From contig CM075989.1 in assembly GCA_038087875.1 (NCBI GenBank), positions 4,960,001 through 5,024,000 of the forward strand: a stretch of DNA of 64,000 nucleotides, in the 5' to 3' direction. The notes under the pieces are model-generated. The model was given only the letters and a program-made list of their open reading frames with translations. It was not told the DNA's origin and did no database searches. Below are positions 24,661 through 37,842 of this stretch, in pieces (the stretch's first letter is position 1; every line of letters begins with the position of its first letter). The position numbers and the translations under genes are program-made. This DNA is from Malacoraja senta (lineage: Eukaryota).

Positions 24661-25543
24661 TTAGAGTGAAGACAGATGAAATACTGGCAGCTCAATATCC
24701 GGTTGTTCCCACGGCTGGATGTTGGGGTTTGTATTGGTCCCTAGTTGACTGATAGTGAGCGTTACTTTGACGGAAACATCTGCTTATCTCGTGGTCAAAC
24801 ACATGTTTGGGAGATGCCTCATTGTCTAAAGCTCAGCTTCAAAGGCAGAGATCTGAAAAAATTATCTCATGCCTCCTAAACAGTGTAGAATGAGCTAGCG
24901 GCTTGCCGTCAAATCCACACAGATAGCTGCCCTTTTAAAAGGACGAACTTCATTATCCTTTAAATTGGGGTCACCGCACTTCATGATGTCAGGTCAAAAC
25001 AAGAATAGTCAGGATTAGAGTTAAATGTGCCATCTGTTTTGTTGGAGTGTCACTGAACAGACTATCTGTGAGTGTTGCTTGACACGATGGAAGGATCAAA
25101 GGTGAACTAAGTAACTCTAGCTGGTGGCTCTACATTTGCAATGACCTTTCCTTCATTGATTAGTTCAGTTTAGTTTGGTTTAGAGACACAGCTTCGGCCC
25201 ACCGAGTCCGCGCCAACCATTGACACGGTCCCAGCACACTAACACTACCCTACACACAATAGGAACAATTTACAATTGTAACAAGCCAATGAACCTACAA
25301 ACCTCTACGCCTTTGGAGTGTGGGACGAAAGCGGAGATCCCGGAGAAAACCCACGCAGGTCACGGGGGGAACGTACAAACTTCCCACAGACAACACCCTT
25401 AGTCAGGATCGAACCCAGGTCTCTGGCGCTGAGCCACCATGCCACCCAGCTCTGACAAGTCCTGACCATCTACAACCCTGACTCACTAAACTTGCTGCCT
25501 CACAGTGCCAGAGTTCGATTCCCTGGTTCGATTCTGACTACGG

Positions 25544-25934
25544 ATCTTATAGAAACATTTAAAATTATAAAAGAACTGGACAAGCTAGATGCAGGAAAAA
25601 TGTTCCCAATGTTGGGCGAGTCCAGAACCAGGGGCCACAGTCTTAGAATAAAGGGGAGGCAATTTAAGACTGAGGTGAGAAAAAACGTTTTCACCCAGAG
25701 AGTTGTGAATTTGTGGAATTCCCTGCCACAGAGGGCAGTGGAGGCCAAGTCACTGGATGGATTTAAGAGAGAGTTAGATAGAGCTCTAGGGCCTAGTGGA
25801 ATCAAGGGATATGGGGAGAAGGCAGGCACGGGTTATTGATTGGGGACGATCAGCCATGATCACAATGAATGGCGGTGCTGGCTTGAAGGGCCGAATGGCC
25901 TCCTCCTGCACCTATTTTCTATGTTTCTATGTTT
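25544..25934 (+). mobile_element. CR1 LINE 3' end inserted in a V-SINE
   Basis: DLIETFKII...RVVNLWNSLP...GTGY*. SINE halves lie at 25490-25543 and 25935-26156. Confidence 0.88.
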
Positions 25935-26197
25935 CGGGGTGCCTTCTGTATGGAGTTTGTACATTCTTCCCATGACCTTGTGGGTTTTCTCCGGGTGCTC
26001 CGGTTTCCTCCCACACTCCAAAGACATGCGGGTTTGTAGGCTAATTGGCTTCTGTAAATTGTCCCTAGTTTGCAGGATCGAACTAATGTATGGGTGTGGA
26101 CAGTGAACCAAAGGTCATGTTTCTACAATGTATCTCTAAACTAAACTAAACTAAACACTAATTTCTCATAGAGTGCTTAGTCAATAACATAAAGGCG

Positions 26198-27140
26198 ATC
26201 GACACAAAATGCTGGAGTAACTCAGCGGGACAGGCAGCATCTCTGGAGAGAAGGAATGGGTGACGTTTCGGATCGAGACCCTTCTTCAGACTGGTTAGGG
26301 ATAAGGGAAACGAGAGATATAGACAACAATGTGGATAGATAAAGAACAATGAATGAAAGATATACGCAAAAAAAGTAATGATGATGAAGGAAACAGGCCA
26401 TTGTCAGCTGTTTGTAGGGTGAAAACGAGAGGCTAGTGCGACTTGGGTGGGGAAGGGATAAAGAGAGAGAGAGGGAATGCCGGGGCTACCTGAAGTGAGA
26501 GAAATCAATATTCATACCACTGGGCTGTAAGCTGCCCAAGCGAAATATGGGATGCTGTTTCTCCAATTTGCGTTTAGCCTCACTCTGACAATGGAGGAAA
26601 CCGAGGACAGAAAGGTCTGTGTAGGAATGGGAAGGAGAATTAAAGTGTCCAGCAACCGGGAGATCAGAGGTACACAAAAATGCTGGAGAAACTCAGCGGG
26701 TGCAGCAGCATCTATGGAGCGAAGGAAATAGGCAACGTTTCGGGCCGAAACCCTTCTTCAGAGAGGTTGGTTCAGGCGGGCTGAGCGAAGGTGTTCCGCG
26801 AAATGATCACCCAGTCTGCGTTTGGTCTCACCGATGTATAAGAGTCCATATCTTGAACAACAGATACAGTAGATGAGGTTGGAGGAGGTGCAAGTGAACC
26901 TCTGCTTAACCTGAAAGGACTGTCGGGGTCCCTGGACAGAGTCGAGGGAGGAGGTTTAGCGACAGGTGTTGCATCTTCTGCAGTTGCAGGGGAAGGTACC
27001 TGGGGAGGGGGTGGTTTGGGTGGGAAGGGATGAGTTAACCAGGGAGTTGCGGAGGGAACGGTCTCTGCGGAAGACGGAAAGGTGTGGAGAGGGGGAAATG
27101 TGGGTAGTGGTGGGACCCGTTGGACGTGGCGGGAATTTCG
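26198..27140 (-). mobile_element. Penelope-like element 3' portion: GIY-YIG endonuclease, 3'UTR and hammerhead motif
   Basis: The minus strand reads FPCNCRRCNTC...FTCTSSNLIYCICC...LLYIGETKRRLGDHFAEH...PVAGHFN...LGSLQPSGMN, stops at 26486, and has a CTGAAGA...GAAACGTC motif at 26262-26289. Confidence 0.88.
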
Positions 27141-27399
27141 GAGGAAATTTAACAGATAGAGATTGGCGTACCACATAACCACCCCTCTCTTCCATCACTC
27201 CCACCCCTCTCCCATTAGCCTATTCACTTCACTTGAAGAGTCAAGAGCGTTTTATCATCATATGTCCCGAAATGGAACAATGAAATTCTTACTCGCAGAA
27301 GCACAACAGACATGCAAATATAATATTCTGTAAAACCCACAATAAACACCAAAAGAAAAGTTCAGTGTATATATAAAAAACAGACAAATAAATAGTCAT

Positions 27400-28333
27400 T
27401 GTGTGGAAGCAAGTCCTTCGGCCCAACATGCCCACACTGGCCAACAATGACCCATCTACACTAGTTCTACTTGCCTGCATTTGGCCCAGTTCCCTCTAAA
27501 CCTGTCCTATCCATATAGTTGTCTAATTGTTTCATAAGCATTGTGATGGTCCCTGCCTCAACTACCTCCTCAGGCAGCCCGTTCCATACACCCACCTCCC
27601 TTTGTGTGAAAAAGTTACCCCTCAGATTCTTATAAAATCTTTTCACCTTAAGCCTCTGCCCTCTGGTCCTCGATTCCCCTACCCTGGGCAAGACACACTG
27701 TGCATCAACTCGATCTGTTCCTCTCTTGATGTTATACACCTCTATAAGATCATCCCTCATCCTCCTGTGCTCCTGGGAATTGAGTTCCAGCCTAAACCTC
27801 TGCCTATAGCTCAGAGCCTTTATAACAAGAGGATTTCAGTATAGGAGTAAAGAGGTTCTTCTGCAGTTGTATAGGGCTCTGGTGAGACCACATCTGGAGT
27901 ATTGTGTTCTGTTTTGGTCTCCTAATTTGAGGAAGGACATCCTTGTGATTGAGGCAGTGCAGCGTAAGTTCACGAGATTGATCCCTGGGATGGCGGGACT
28001 GTCATATGAGGAAAGATTGAAAAGACTAGGCTTGTATTCACTGGAGTTTCGAAGGATGAAGGGGGATCTTATAGAAACATATAACATTATAAAAGGACTG
28101 GACAAGCCAGAGAGTTGTGAATTTATGGAATTCCCTGCCACAGAGGGCAGTGGAGGCCAAGTCACTGGATGGATTTAAGAGAGAGTTAGATAGAGCTCTA
28201 GGGGCAAGTGGAGTCAGGGATATGGGGAGAAGGCAGGCACGGGTTATTGATCAGCCATGATCACAATGAATGGCGGTGCTGGCTCGAAGGGCCGAATGGC
28301 CTCCTCCTGCGCCTATTTTCTATGTTTCTATGT
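27400..28333. mobile_element. Two CR1 fragments: 27400-27815 (-) and 27820-28333 (+)
   Basis: MRDDLIEVY...VWNGLP on the minus strand; YRALVRPHLEYC...GDLIETY on the plus strand with an internal deletion. Confidence 0.85.
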
Positions 28334-28555
28334 TAAGCCCCAGCAACATACGCAACAATAGTGCCAATATAATGTCCCTATATACTTTGGAACCTATTTG
28401 GAGGATGCCGTGTTTAATAGCCTGGTGGTTGTAGAGAAAAAGCAGCTCCTGAACCTAGATCTCTGTGAGAACTGAACCTGTGGTGGCTCCCCATGGTCAC
28501 CATGGACAATGGAACTTGCTGCGGAATGACTCTAACCTTTCTTCTCCCTCCGCAG

Positions 28556-28760
28556 GCCAAGGATGAGTTGAATGAGACAGAGGAGAAGCGGGTGGCATGT
28601 GTGACAGAGCTTCAGAACCTCGTCCAGGACTCTGCCAGCTCGGGAGAGGAGTTCGCCAAGATTGTGCTGGAGAAGACAAAAGACAAAGATGATTCGTTCT
28701 TCCTGAGGTTCATCAGAGCAAGGAAGTTTGACGTGAAAAGGTCCTATGAGCTTCTCAAAG
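28556..28760 (+). CDS. RLBP1: RLBP1 coding exon 3 (CRAL-TRIO N-terminal domain): AKDELNETEEKRV...DSFFLRFIRARKFDVKRSYELLK(G)
   Basis: Acceptor cttctccctccgcag, donor AAG|gtgaga, 205 nt ending in phase 1 as in human. Contains the FFLRFIRARKF signature. Confidence 0.96.
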
Positions 28761-31700
28761 GTGAGAGGTCAACCATAGGGCGATTAAGGATATTTGGAAA
28801 AGCCAGGCTTAGCTTCCTCACACATCGTAGATGTCGATTTTCCAGAAGGCTGCATGTTGGCTAAATCCTCAAATTGTATTCAATTGGGCAAGAGTTGATT
28901 TATCTTTATTGGTTAGTGAATGAAGGGAGGAATGATTGCCTCTTGCCAGGACTACGTCTTGTAGAACATGGAACAGCACAGTGCGGGAACAGGCCCTTCG
29001 GCCCACAATGTCTGTGCCAAACATAATGCCAAGATCAACTCTTATCTGCCTGCACAATATCCATATCCATTCATTCAAATGCGCAATAGTCTCGTAAATG
29101 CCAAGTTCAAGTTCAAGTGAGTTCAAGTTCAAGCTCCAATGCCACCATCATATCCACCTCAACTATCGCCCTGACAGTGTGTTCCAGGCACTCACCACCC
29201 TCCGTGAAAAAAAGCACTTGCTCCGCACATCTCCTTTAAACTTTGTCCCTCTGGCCTTCAAGCTGTGACCTCTAGTATTTAATATTTCCATCCTGGGTAA
29301 AGTTTCTGCCTTCCTACACTATCTATGCCTTTCATCATTTGATATCCTTCTATCAGGTCGCCCCCTTAACCTCTGACATTCCTGAGAAAACAATTCTAGT
29401 CTGTCCGACCACTCCCTGTAGCTCATACCCCCTCAGCGGCACGGTGGCGCAGCGGTGGAGTTGCTGCCTCACAGCGCCAGAGATCTGGGTTCGACCCTGA
29501 CTACAGGTGCTGTCTGTACAGAGTTTGTACCTTCTCCCCGTGACCTGCGTGGGTTTCTCCGAGATCTTCAGTTTCCTCCCACACTCCAATGACGTACAGG
29601 TTTATAGGTTAATTGACTTGGCGTAAATGTAAAATTGCCCTTAGTGTGTGTAGGATAGTGTTAGTGTGCAGGGATCGCTAGTGGGCTGAAGGGCTTGTTT
29701 CTTCTCCGTATCTCTAAACTAAACTAAACTAAAGGTGTCGGGGGTTATGGGGAGAAGGCAGGAGAATGGGGTTGAGAGTGAAGATCAGCCACGATAGAAT
29801 GGCCAAGTAGACTTGATGGGCTGAATGGCCTTATTCTGCTCCTTGAACTTATGAATCCAGGCATCACTGGATGGTAAACCTCCTCCGCACCATTTCTGAA
29901 GCCTCTTCTTCCTTCCTGTAATGGGGCAACTACTGCATCCATACTGGAGCTACTCCTAGATGGAGAGGGTTAGGTTCCTGCTCAGCCAAAAGCCGATCTG
30001 CCCAAACAAAGCACCATTGATTTAGCATCCACTGGCAAACATAGTGTGGACACCCATGACTGGCCATTTCACTTTTGTTTAGGTAATGAAGGAAGCAATG
30101 TAGCTAAGTGTATGGTTGATAGACTATTGAGGTTACCAGTAAACAAGCCTCAAACCAGATAGAGTCATAGTTAAAGAGAGTCAGAGAGCGGAAACAGGCC
30201 CTTCGGCCCAACTTGCCCACAACGACCAACATGTCCCACCTGTCCGCGTTTGGCCCATATCCCTCCAAACCTGTCCTATCCATGCACCTGTCTAATTGTT
30301 TCTTAAACAATGCGATAGTCCCTGCCTCAACTACCTCCTCTGGCAGCTCATTCCATACACCAACCCCCATTTGTATGAAAAAGTTACCCCTCAGATTCCT
30401 GTTAAATTTTCACCTTAACCCTCTTCACCTTAAACCTATGTCCTCTGGTTCTCGATTCTCCTGCTCTGGGCAAGAGACTCTGTGCGTCTAACTCTGGGCA
30501 AGAGACTAGACGTCGAGATGTGTGATGGAATACACTTCAGCAGTGTGTCAACCATACTCTTGCTACATACGCAGCTATCTCCCTCACCTAAATAAAGACG
30601 CTACCCCAATAACAATCAGAACTGATCAATGGAAAAGCACCCCTGCTTAACTCCTTCCCCACCACTGAGGCTGCAGATGTAAAAATGTACGGCATTGATT
30701 CATTTACGACCCTCAAACCTCGGGCCACTCCACAAGGAAGGTCCAAGGGCAGTTGGAACAGAAGATGGAACACTACAGATCTCTCTACCTCACATAGAAT
30801 CCTAACTTGGAACTACAAAATGGCTGACGTTTTTCATTGTTCGTTTTAATGTCATGTCCACCCTCCATGACTGGGGGGTGGGGGGGGGGGAGAGGTGGGG
30901 AAGTGGGTCCGAGGTGGGGGGGAGAAGGGAAGACTTTAACCACATGATTCACCAGGGCAGCCCATCATTATCAACCCAAGATAATTTTGGGATGGGTGGT
31001 CAATGATAAGTTTGAGTTTGGTTTATCGTCACCACCAGCGGGGTACAGTGACAAGCTTTTGCTGCAAGCTCACCAGTCAGCGGAGAGGCAATACGTGATT
31101 ACAATCGAGCCGTTCACAGTGCACAAATAACGTGAATAACATGTGTGCTGGATAAAGTCCAGTAAAGTCTCATCCGATGGGCAAGAAGGAACTGCAGACG
31201 CTGGTTTACACCAAAGATAGACACAAAAAAGCTGGAGATACCCAGCGGGTCGAGCAGCATCTCTGGAGAAAAGGAATAGGTGACGTTTCGGATGGACCAT
31301 CGTGGGCTCCACCTTTCCTGAGTCATCGGTGCAGGCTCGGCTTTGCGCTGGACCTTCCCATAGGTCAAGTGTCCTCCTCCCTGTCTCTCAGTCTGACGAA
31401 GGGTCTCGACCCAAAACGTCACCTATTCCTTTCCTCCAGAGATGCTGCCTGAACGGCTGAGTTACCCCAGCTTTTTGTGTCTAGAGATAGTCCAAGGGTC
31501 TCCAATGAGGTAGATAGTAGCTCAGGACTGCTCTCTAGTTGTTGGTCGGATGGGTGGTAAATTCCATACCAGCAAAGACCTTATCCTGTAACACAATTTT
31601 AAAAAGGGTCTTCCGTCAGGTTAAAGAAGGAACTGCAGATGCTGGAAAATCGAAGGTAGACAAAAGTGCTGGAGAAACTCAGCGGGTGCAGCAACATCTA

Positions 31701-32941
31701 TGAAGCGAAGGAAATAGGCAACGTTTCGGGCCAAAATGTTGCCTATTTCCTTCGCTCCATAGATGCTGCTGCACACGATGAGTTTCTCCAGCACTTTTGT
31801 CTACCTTAGTTTGTCCAAGTGGTTTTGTACATGCTAGGCTGGACGTTGATTGTGTGTTTGGGCGGCAGTAACGACAGCCACACTTTGGTTCAACTTGTAT
31901 CTAAGCGCCTCCCATTTGGAGCTACTCCGCACCAATGGTGGTGGAGTTCAACTTCCCCATCTCTCTCACCCAGAGACACTGGAGCAATTGTCTATTCCCC
32001 TCCCTTAATCCTAGCCAACACGGGCTGGAGACCGGACCACCACCAATAGCGTTGGAGTCCACTGCTCATCTTTCCCTCAACATCTAATCAGCAGACAAGA
32101 AAGAGTTCACCCAGTCGAGGATAATACGTATAATTCATTAAAGGGAGGACTTGCTTTCTCTGCTTGTTCTACAGTAATTGCTCTTGAAAAGAGCCAAATC
32201 TCTGGCATGGGAAAGTCCGTTTTTTTGCGTGTTCATTAGTGCGTAGGTTTATCCGATTGCACAGGAGACACAGTAAAGCATTGTCCCCTAGTGGAGCCAA
32301 GCAGGCACCATTCAGATGAGACCGGGAGGAGGAGTAAGCGCTGACTGCTGAACAAAACGGTCGGGCAGCACGATGCCGCAGCGGTAGAGTTGCTGCCTTC
32401 CAGTGCCAGAGGCCCAGGTTCGATCCTGACTACGGGAGCTGTCTGTACGGAGTTTGTACATTCTCCCCGTGACAGCGTGGGTTTTCTCCGGGTGCTCCGG
32501 TTTCAACCCACACTACAAAGTGTGTAGGTTAATTGGCTTCGGTAAAGATTGTAAATTGTAAATTGTAAGTTCACTGGTTAGCATGGACGCGGTGGCCGAA
32601 GGGCCTGTTTCCCCGCTGTATGTCGACACTAAACTAAACTAAACTGCAGTGTGTCCGTGCCAGGAACTTGACCTTGGGTGCTGTCTGCGAGGAGTTCGCA
32701 CATTCTCTCTGTGACCGCGTAGGTTTCCTCTGGGTGTTCCAGTTTCCTCTTACACCCAATAGATGGTGTTGATCGGACTTTACCTTGCACTAAACATTAT
32801 TCACGCTATTCCCTTTGTCATGTATCTGTACACTGTGGACGGCTCGATTGTAATCATGTATTGTCTTTCAGATGACGCAACAAAAGCCTTTCACTAAACC
32901 TGTGACAATAAACAAAACTAAACGAAGACAGGTGCAGGTTA

Positions 32942-33176
32942 AGGGCCTGTCCCACTTGGTGATTTTTTCAGCGACAGCCGGCGTCATATCAGTGTGGCCA
33001 AAAGATTTTGAACATTTCAAAATCCAGAGGCGACAAAAAAAATGTTGCGACACTTGAAAAAACACCGCGCGTCATACGTCATCACGCCGCGTCACGCCGC
33101 AAATTTTTCAGCGACCTGATACATCAGTCAATGATGCCGGCAGTCGCCGAAAAAATCGCCAAGTGGGACAGGCTCT
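32942..33176. mobile_element. Harbinger-type MITE (235 bp) inserted in a V-SINE
   Basis: TIRs AGGGCCTGTCCCACTTGG and CCAAGTGGGACAGGCTCT; TTA TSD. Confidence 0.85.
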
Positions 33177-34164
33177 TTAGTGGTTTCATTGGTTGTGCTA
33201 AATTGTCCCAAATGTACAGGTAAGAAATAGAATTTAAGGAGAGTTAATGGGGAATGTGGAGAGAATAAAATGAGGATTAATGTAGGATTAATGTAAATAG
33301 GAGCAGATGGTTTGTGCAGACTCGGAGAGTTGAAGGGCTAGTTCCCATGCTGTAGGTCTCTATGGATCGCCATGACTTTATGAGACCATTTAGCCAAACA
33401 GCTTATGTTGCTGCTCTGCTCAATGAGTTCCTCATGTCTGGCCTAATGCTAGCAGCCAGTTTAGTTTAGCTTATATGAGCATTGATTCAGGCCCTTCGGC
33501 CCACGCCGACCATCGATCACCCGTTCACATGAGTTCTATGTTATCCCACTTTCTCGCCCACTCCCTGCACACTCGGGGCTGTCTACAGAGGCCAATCGTA
33601 CACACAAACCCGCACGTCTTTGGGATGTCCTTGGATGAAACCCACGCGGCCACTGGGAGAACATGCAAACTGCACATAGTCAGCACCCGAGGTCAGGATT
33701 GAACCGGGGGCTCTGGTGCTGTGAGGCAGCAGCTGCACCAGCTGTGCCACTGAGCGCCCCCAGTCTTTCCATCCTGTTCCCCCCTTATGCTCTGAGGCAA
33801 CTTGTTCTGAAATACATCAGTCGTTTGTTTCACATTCTAGACCCTAACCACCCTCGGGCTCAGTAGGTCTGTCCTGGATTTGCTATGAAATTTATTCATG
33901 AACAACTACTAGTATTATAATCCCCAACAAGCACTGACATCTTTAGATGAAATGTTTAAGAAGGAATTGCAGATGCTGGAAAAATCCAAGGTAGACAAAA
34001 ATGCTGGAGAAACTCAGCGGGTGAGGCAGCATCTATGGTGCGAAGGAATAGGTGACTAGGGTTTCTACCCGAAACGTCACCTATTCCTTCGCTCCATAGA
34101 TGCTGCCTCACCACCCCCCCCCCCCCGCTGCGTTTCTCCAGAATTTTTGTTTACCTTCTGACAT

Positions 34165-34650
34165 CACAAGATTGATCCCTGGGATGGCAGGACTGTCATA
34201 TGAGGAAAGATTGAAAAGACTAGGCTTGTATTCACTGGAGCTTAGAAGGATGAGGGGTTATCTTATAGAAATATATAAAATTATAAAAGGACTGGATGAG
34301 CTAGATGCAGGAAAAATGTTCCCAATGTGGGGCAAGTCCAGAACCAGGGGCCACAGTCTTAGAATAAAGGGTAGGCCATTTAAGACTGAGGTGAGGAAAA
34401 ACGTTTTCACCCAGAGAGTTGTGAATTTGTGGAATTCCCTGCCACAGAGGGCAGTGGAGGCCAAATCAATGGATGGATTTAAGAGAGAGTTAGATAGAGA
34501 GTTAGATAGAAGTGGAATCAAGGGATATGGGGAGAAGGCAGGCACGGGTTATTGATTGGGGATGATCAGCCATAATCACAATGAATGGCAGTGCTGGCTC
34601 GAAGGGCCGAATGGCCTCCTCCTGCACCTATTTTCTATGTTTCTATGTTT
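34165..34650 (+). mobile_element. CR1 LINE 3' end
   Basis: TRLIPGMAGLSYEERL...GTGY* followed by the ctatgttt tail. Confidence 0.9.
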
Positions 34651-36028
34651 AGAGGTACCTTGTGGTGCCTCTCCGTCTCTCCCCCACCCTAATCGTCCTA
34701 ACAGTGTCGTCCCGCTTAGCCTCACTGTTTGTATCCACTCGTATCACATTCTCCACAGCCAACAAGGGACCATTGTGGGCTCCACCTTTCCTTGATCATC
34801 GTTGCTGGCTTTGATTTGTCCTTTTCATCCCGTTCATTCTTTGTTCTTTGTTCTTAATACTTTTTCGTATCTCTAATTTCCCTCTCCCCAGACTCTCAGT
34901 CTGAAGAAGGGTCTCCACCCTATTCCTTTTCTCCAGAGATGCTGCCTATCCCATTGAGTTATTCCAGCATTTTGTGTCTATCATTGGTGTAAACCAGCAT
35001 CTGCAGTTCCTTCCTACACACCATATATATTACTTGGCTGTGAAGAAGGTGGCCTGTGCCTTTACAAGTCAAATGTGTGGATAAATGTTCTAAACATGCA
35101 AATCCAAAGTGTTTTATAAATTCCCGAGGATCTTTGGAATAAACTGGATCACATACAGGCATAAGAGATTAGTTTAACTTGGCATTGTTTTTGCCACAGA
35201 CATCATGGGCTGAAGACCTGATCCTATCCTGTACTGTTTGAGGGTATCTCTAGTTCTGGATCTAAACATCCAATATGAAATGACCGGCTTTCTTAAAGGA
35301 TCTTCAGTTTAGTTTCGGAAACTGGCCCTTCGGCCCATCGAGTCTGCGCCGACCAGCCATCCCCGCACATTAGCACTATCCTACACACACACTAGGGACA
35401 ATTCACATTTACACCAAGCCAATTAACCTACAAACCTGTACGTCTTTGGAGCGTGGGAGGAAACCGAAGATCTCCGAGAAAACCCACGCGGTCACGGGGG
35501 AGAACGTACCAACTCCGTACAGACAGCACCCGTAGTCAGGATCGAACCGGGGTCTCTGGCGCTGCAAGGCAGCAACTGTACCTCGGCGCCACCGTGCCGC
35601 CAACCGATCTTTTGAGGTTGGGATCTCTGCACAGTGACTTGTAAATTAGTTCAATGGACAGCCGTTTCAAATTGTTTGAACTCGTATGTCTCTCATAGTT
35701 TTGTACACCCCCAGGTGCCATGTTCAGCTGAAGTGGGTTAAAACGATAAGGCATTGATTAAAGGTAGACAAAAATGCTGGAGAAACTCAGCGGGTAAGGC
35801 AGCATCTATGATGCTGCCTCACCCGCTGAGTTTCTCCAGCATTTTTGTCTACCTTCAATTTTCCAGCATCTGCAGTTCCTTCATAAACATTTAGGCATTG
35901 AATCAAATTGGGTTTGCAATCATATTAAGCTATCATTTTCAGATATTGATTTTGTTGAAGATGGTAGATGCAAAATGCTGGAGTAACTCAGCGGGGTCAG
36001 GCAGCATGTCTGGAGAGAAGGAATAGGT

Positions 36029-36056
36029 GACGTTTCGGGTCGAGACCCTTCTTCAG
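36029..36056 (-). ncRNA. Minimal hammerhead ribozyme motif (consensus copy)
   Basis: Exact reverse complement of CTGAAGAAGGGTCTCGACCCGAAACGTC, within Penelope 3'UTR sequence. Confidence 0.7.
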
Positions 36057-36139
36057 ACTGAGAGTCAGGGGAGAGGGAAACTAGAGGTGTGAAATGACAC
36101 AAAGAACAAAGAATAATGAAAGGCATGAAGAGGATAAAT

Positions 36140-36758
36140 CATATAGGAGCAAAGAGATCCTTCTGCAGTTGTACAGAGCCCTAGTGAGACCACACCTGGA
36201 GTATTGTGTACAGTTTTGGTCCCCTAATTTGAGGAAGGACATTCTTGCTGTTGAGGGAGTGCAGCGTAGGTTTACAAGGTTAATTCCCGGGATGGCGGGA
36301 CTGTCATATGCTGAGAGAATGGAACAGCTGGGCTTGTACACTCTGGAGTTTAGAAGGATGAGAGGCAATCTCATTGAAACATATAAGATTGTTAAATGGT
36401 TTGTACACGCTAGAGGCAGGAAACATGTTCCCGATGTTGGGGGAGCCCAGAACCAGGAGCTACAGTTTAAGAATAAGGAGCAAGCAATTTAGAACGGAGA
36501 CGAGGAAACACTTTTTCTCACAGAGAGTGGTGAGTCTGTGGAATTCTCTGTCTCAGAGGACGGTGGAGGCTGGTTCTCTGGATGCTTTCAAAAGTGAGCT
36601 AGACAGAGCACTTAAAAATAGCGTAGTCAGGGGATATGGGGAGAAGGCAGGAACGGGGTACTGATTGGGGATGATCAGCCATGATCACATTGAATGGCGG
36701 TGCTGGCTCGAAGGGCCGAATGGCCTACTCCTGCACCTATTGTCTATTGTCTATTGTC
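36140..36758 (+). mobile_element. CR1 LINE 3' end (ctattgt-tail subfamily)
   Basis: YRSKEILLQLYRALVRPHLEYC...; tail (ctattgt)n. The same subfamily occurs at 7480-7683, 46310-46650 and 57455-57838. Confidence 0.9.
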
Positions 36759-37025
36759 AAAGGCAGAAATTATATTTTGGTTCAGAACTCTTCTTCAGAC
36801 TTCTCCAGTCTGAAGGGTTCTGACCCAAAATATCCAGCCTGAAGAAGGGTTCCAACATGAAACATCACCTATTCATTGTCTCCAGAGATGTTGCCTGCCT
36901 TGAAATACTCCGGCATGTTGCGTCTATCTTAGGTGTAAACCAGCATCAGCAGTTACTTCCTGTTCAATGAGACAAATGCATTGGTTCGACATAATTTTCA
37001 GAAAACCCAACATTGTTCTTTCTTG

Positions 37026-37216
37026 TTTAACAAAGAACTGCAGATGCTGGCAAAATCAAAGGTAGACAAAAATGCTGGAGAAACTCAGCGGGTGACGCAG
37101 GATCGGGTCGAGAACTTCTTCTGAAGAAGGGTGTTGACCCGAAACATCACCTATTCCTTCACTCCATAGATGCTGCCTCACCCGCTGAGTTTCTCCAGCA
37201 TTTTTGTCCACCTACG
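37026..37216. mobile_element. Fold-back Penelope-tail mini-element with TSD
   Basis: Two inverted partial units flanked by ATTGTTCTTTCTTG (37012-25 and 37217-30). Confidence 0.8.
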
Positions 37217-37606
37217 ATTGTTCTTTCTTGGATCAGTTATCATTCGACAATGGGAAAGCAAAATAATGTGGAGAGACCTTCCTCTGTCTAAACCAGCATC
37301 TGCAGTTCCTTCCTACACATATTTAAAAAAAATAGAACAATGTCCACATTTCTCTTCTTGTTAGTGTAAGCTGTGGAGAATTCTGGCATAGTCTACTCAG
37401 AAGGTAGAGACAAAATTCTGGAGTAACTCAGCAGGACAGGCAGCAACTGTGGAGAGAAGGACTGGGTGACGTTTCGAGTCGAGACCCTTCTTCACCCATT
37501 CCTTCTCTCCAGAGACACTGCCTGTCCCGCTCTGAAGAACGACAACTGGGGTTTCCAACAGATCTCTATTCAAAAGTTCGATTTCCAGTACACAGGAAGT
37601 GCAAAA

Positions 37607-37840
37607 GTCACGGCGCCAGGTGGAAGAGGGCTCTGCCTGCCCCTTTTCCGGGGTTACGCCCTGTGACCGGGTGGTGTTAGAGAGGGACTACGCGCTGTCC
37701 ACGGGAGCCTGAGGGATTTCCGGGAACGCTGGGCACCGCGGGGGGTGGAACGCATCCTCAATAAGGATGGGGTAATAGTGATTTAATATTGAAGCATATT
37801 TGTTCATTTTGTATTATGGTGGTGGGTTTGTGTGTGTATT
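37607..37840 (+). mobile_element. Tx1-like LINE 3' fragment
   Basis: Homologous, in opposite orientation, to 50700-50890 (ctgccccttttccggggttacg...gactacgcgctgtccacggg). Confidence 0.65.
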
Positions 37841-37842
37841 TT

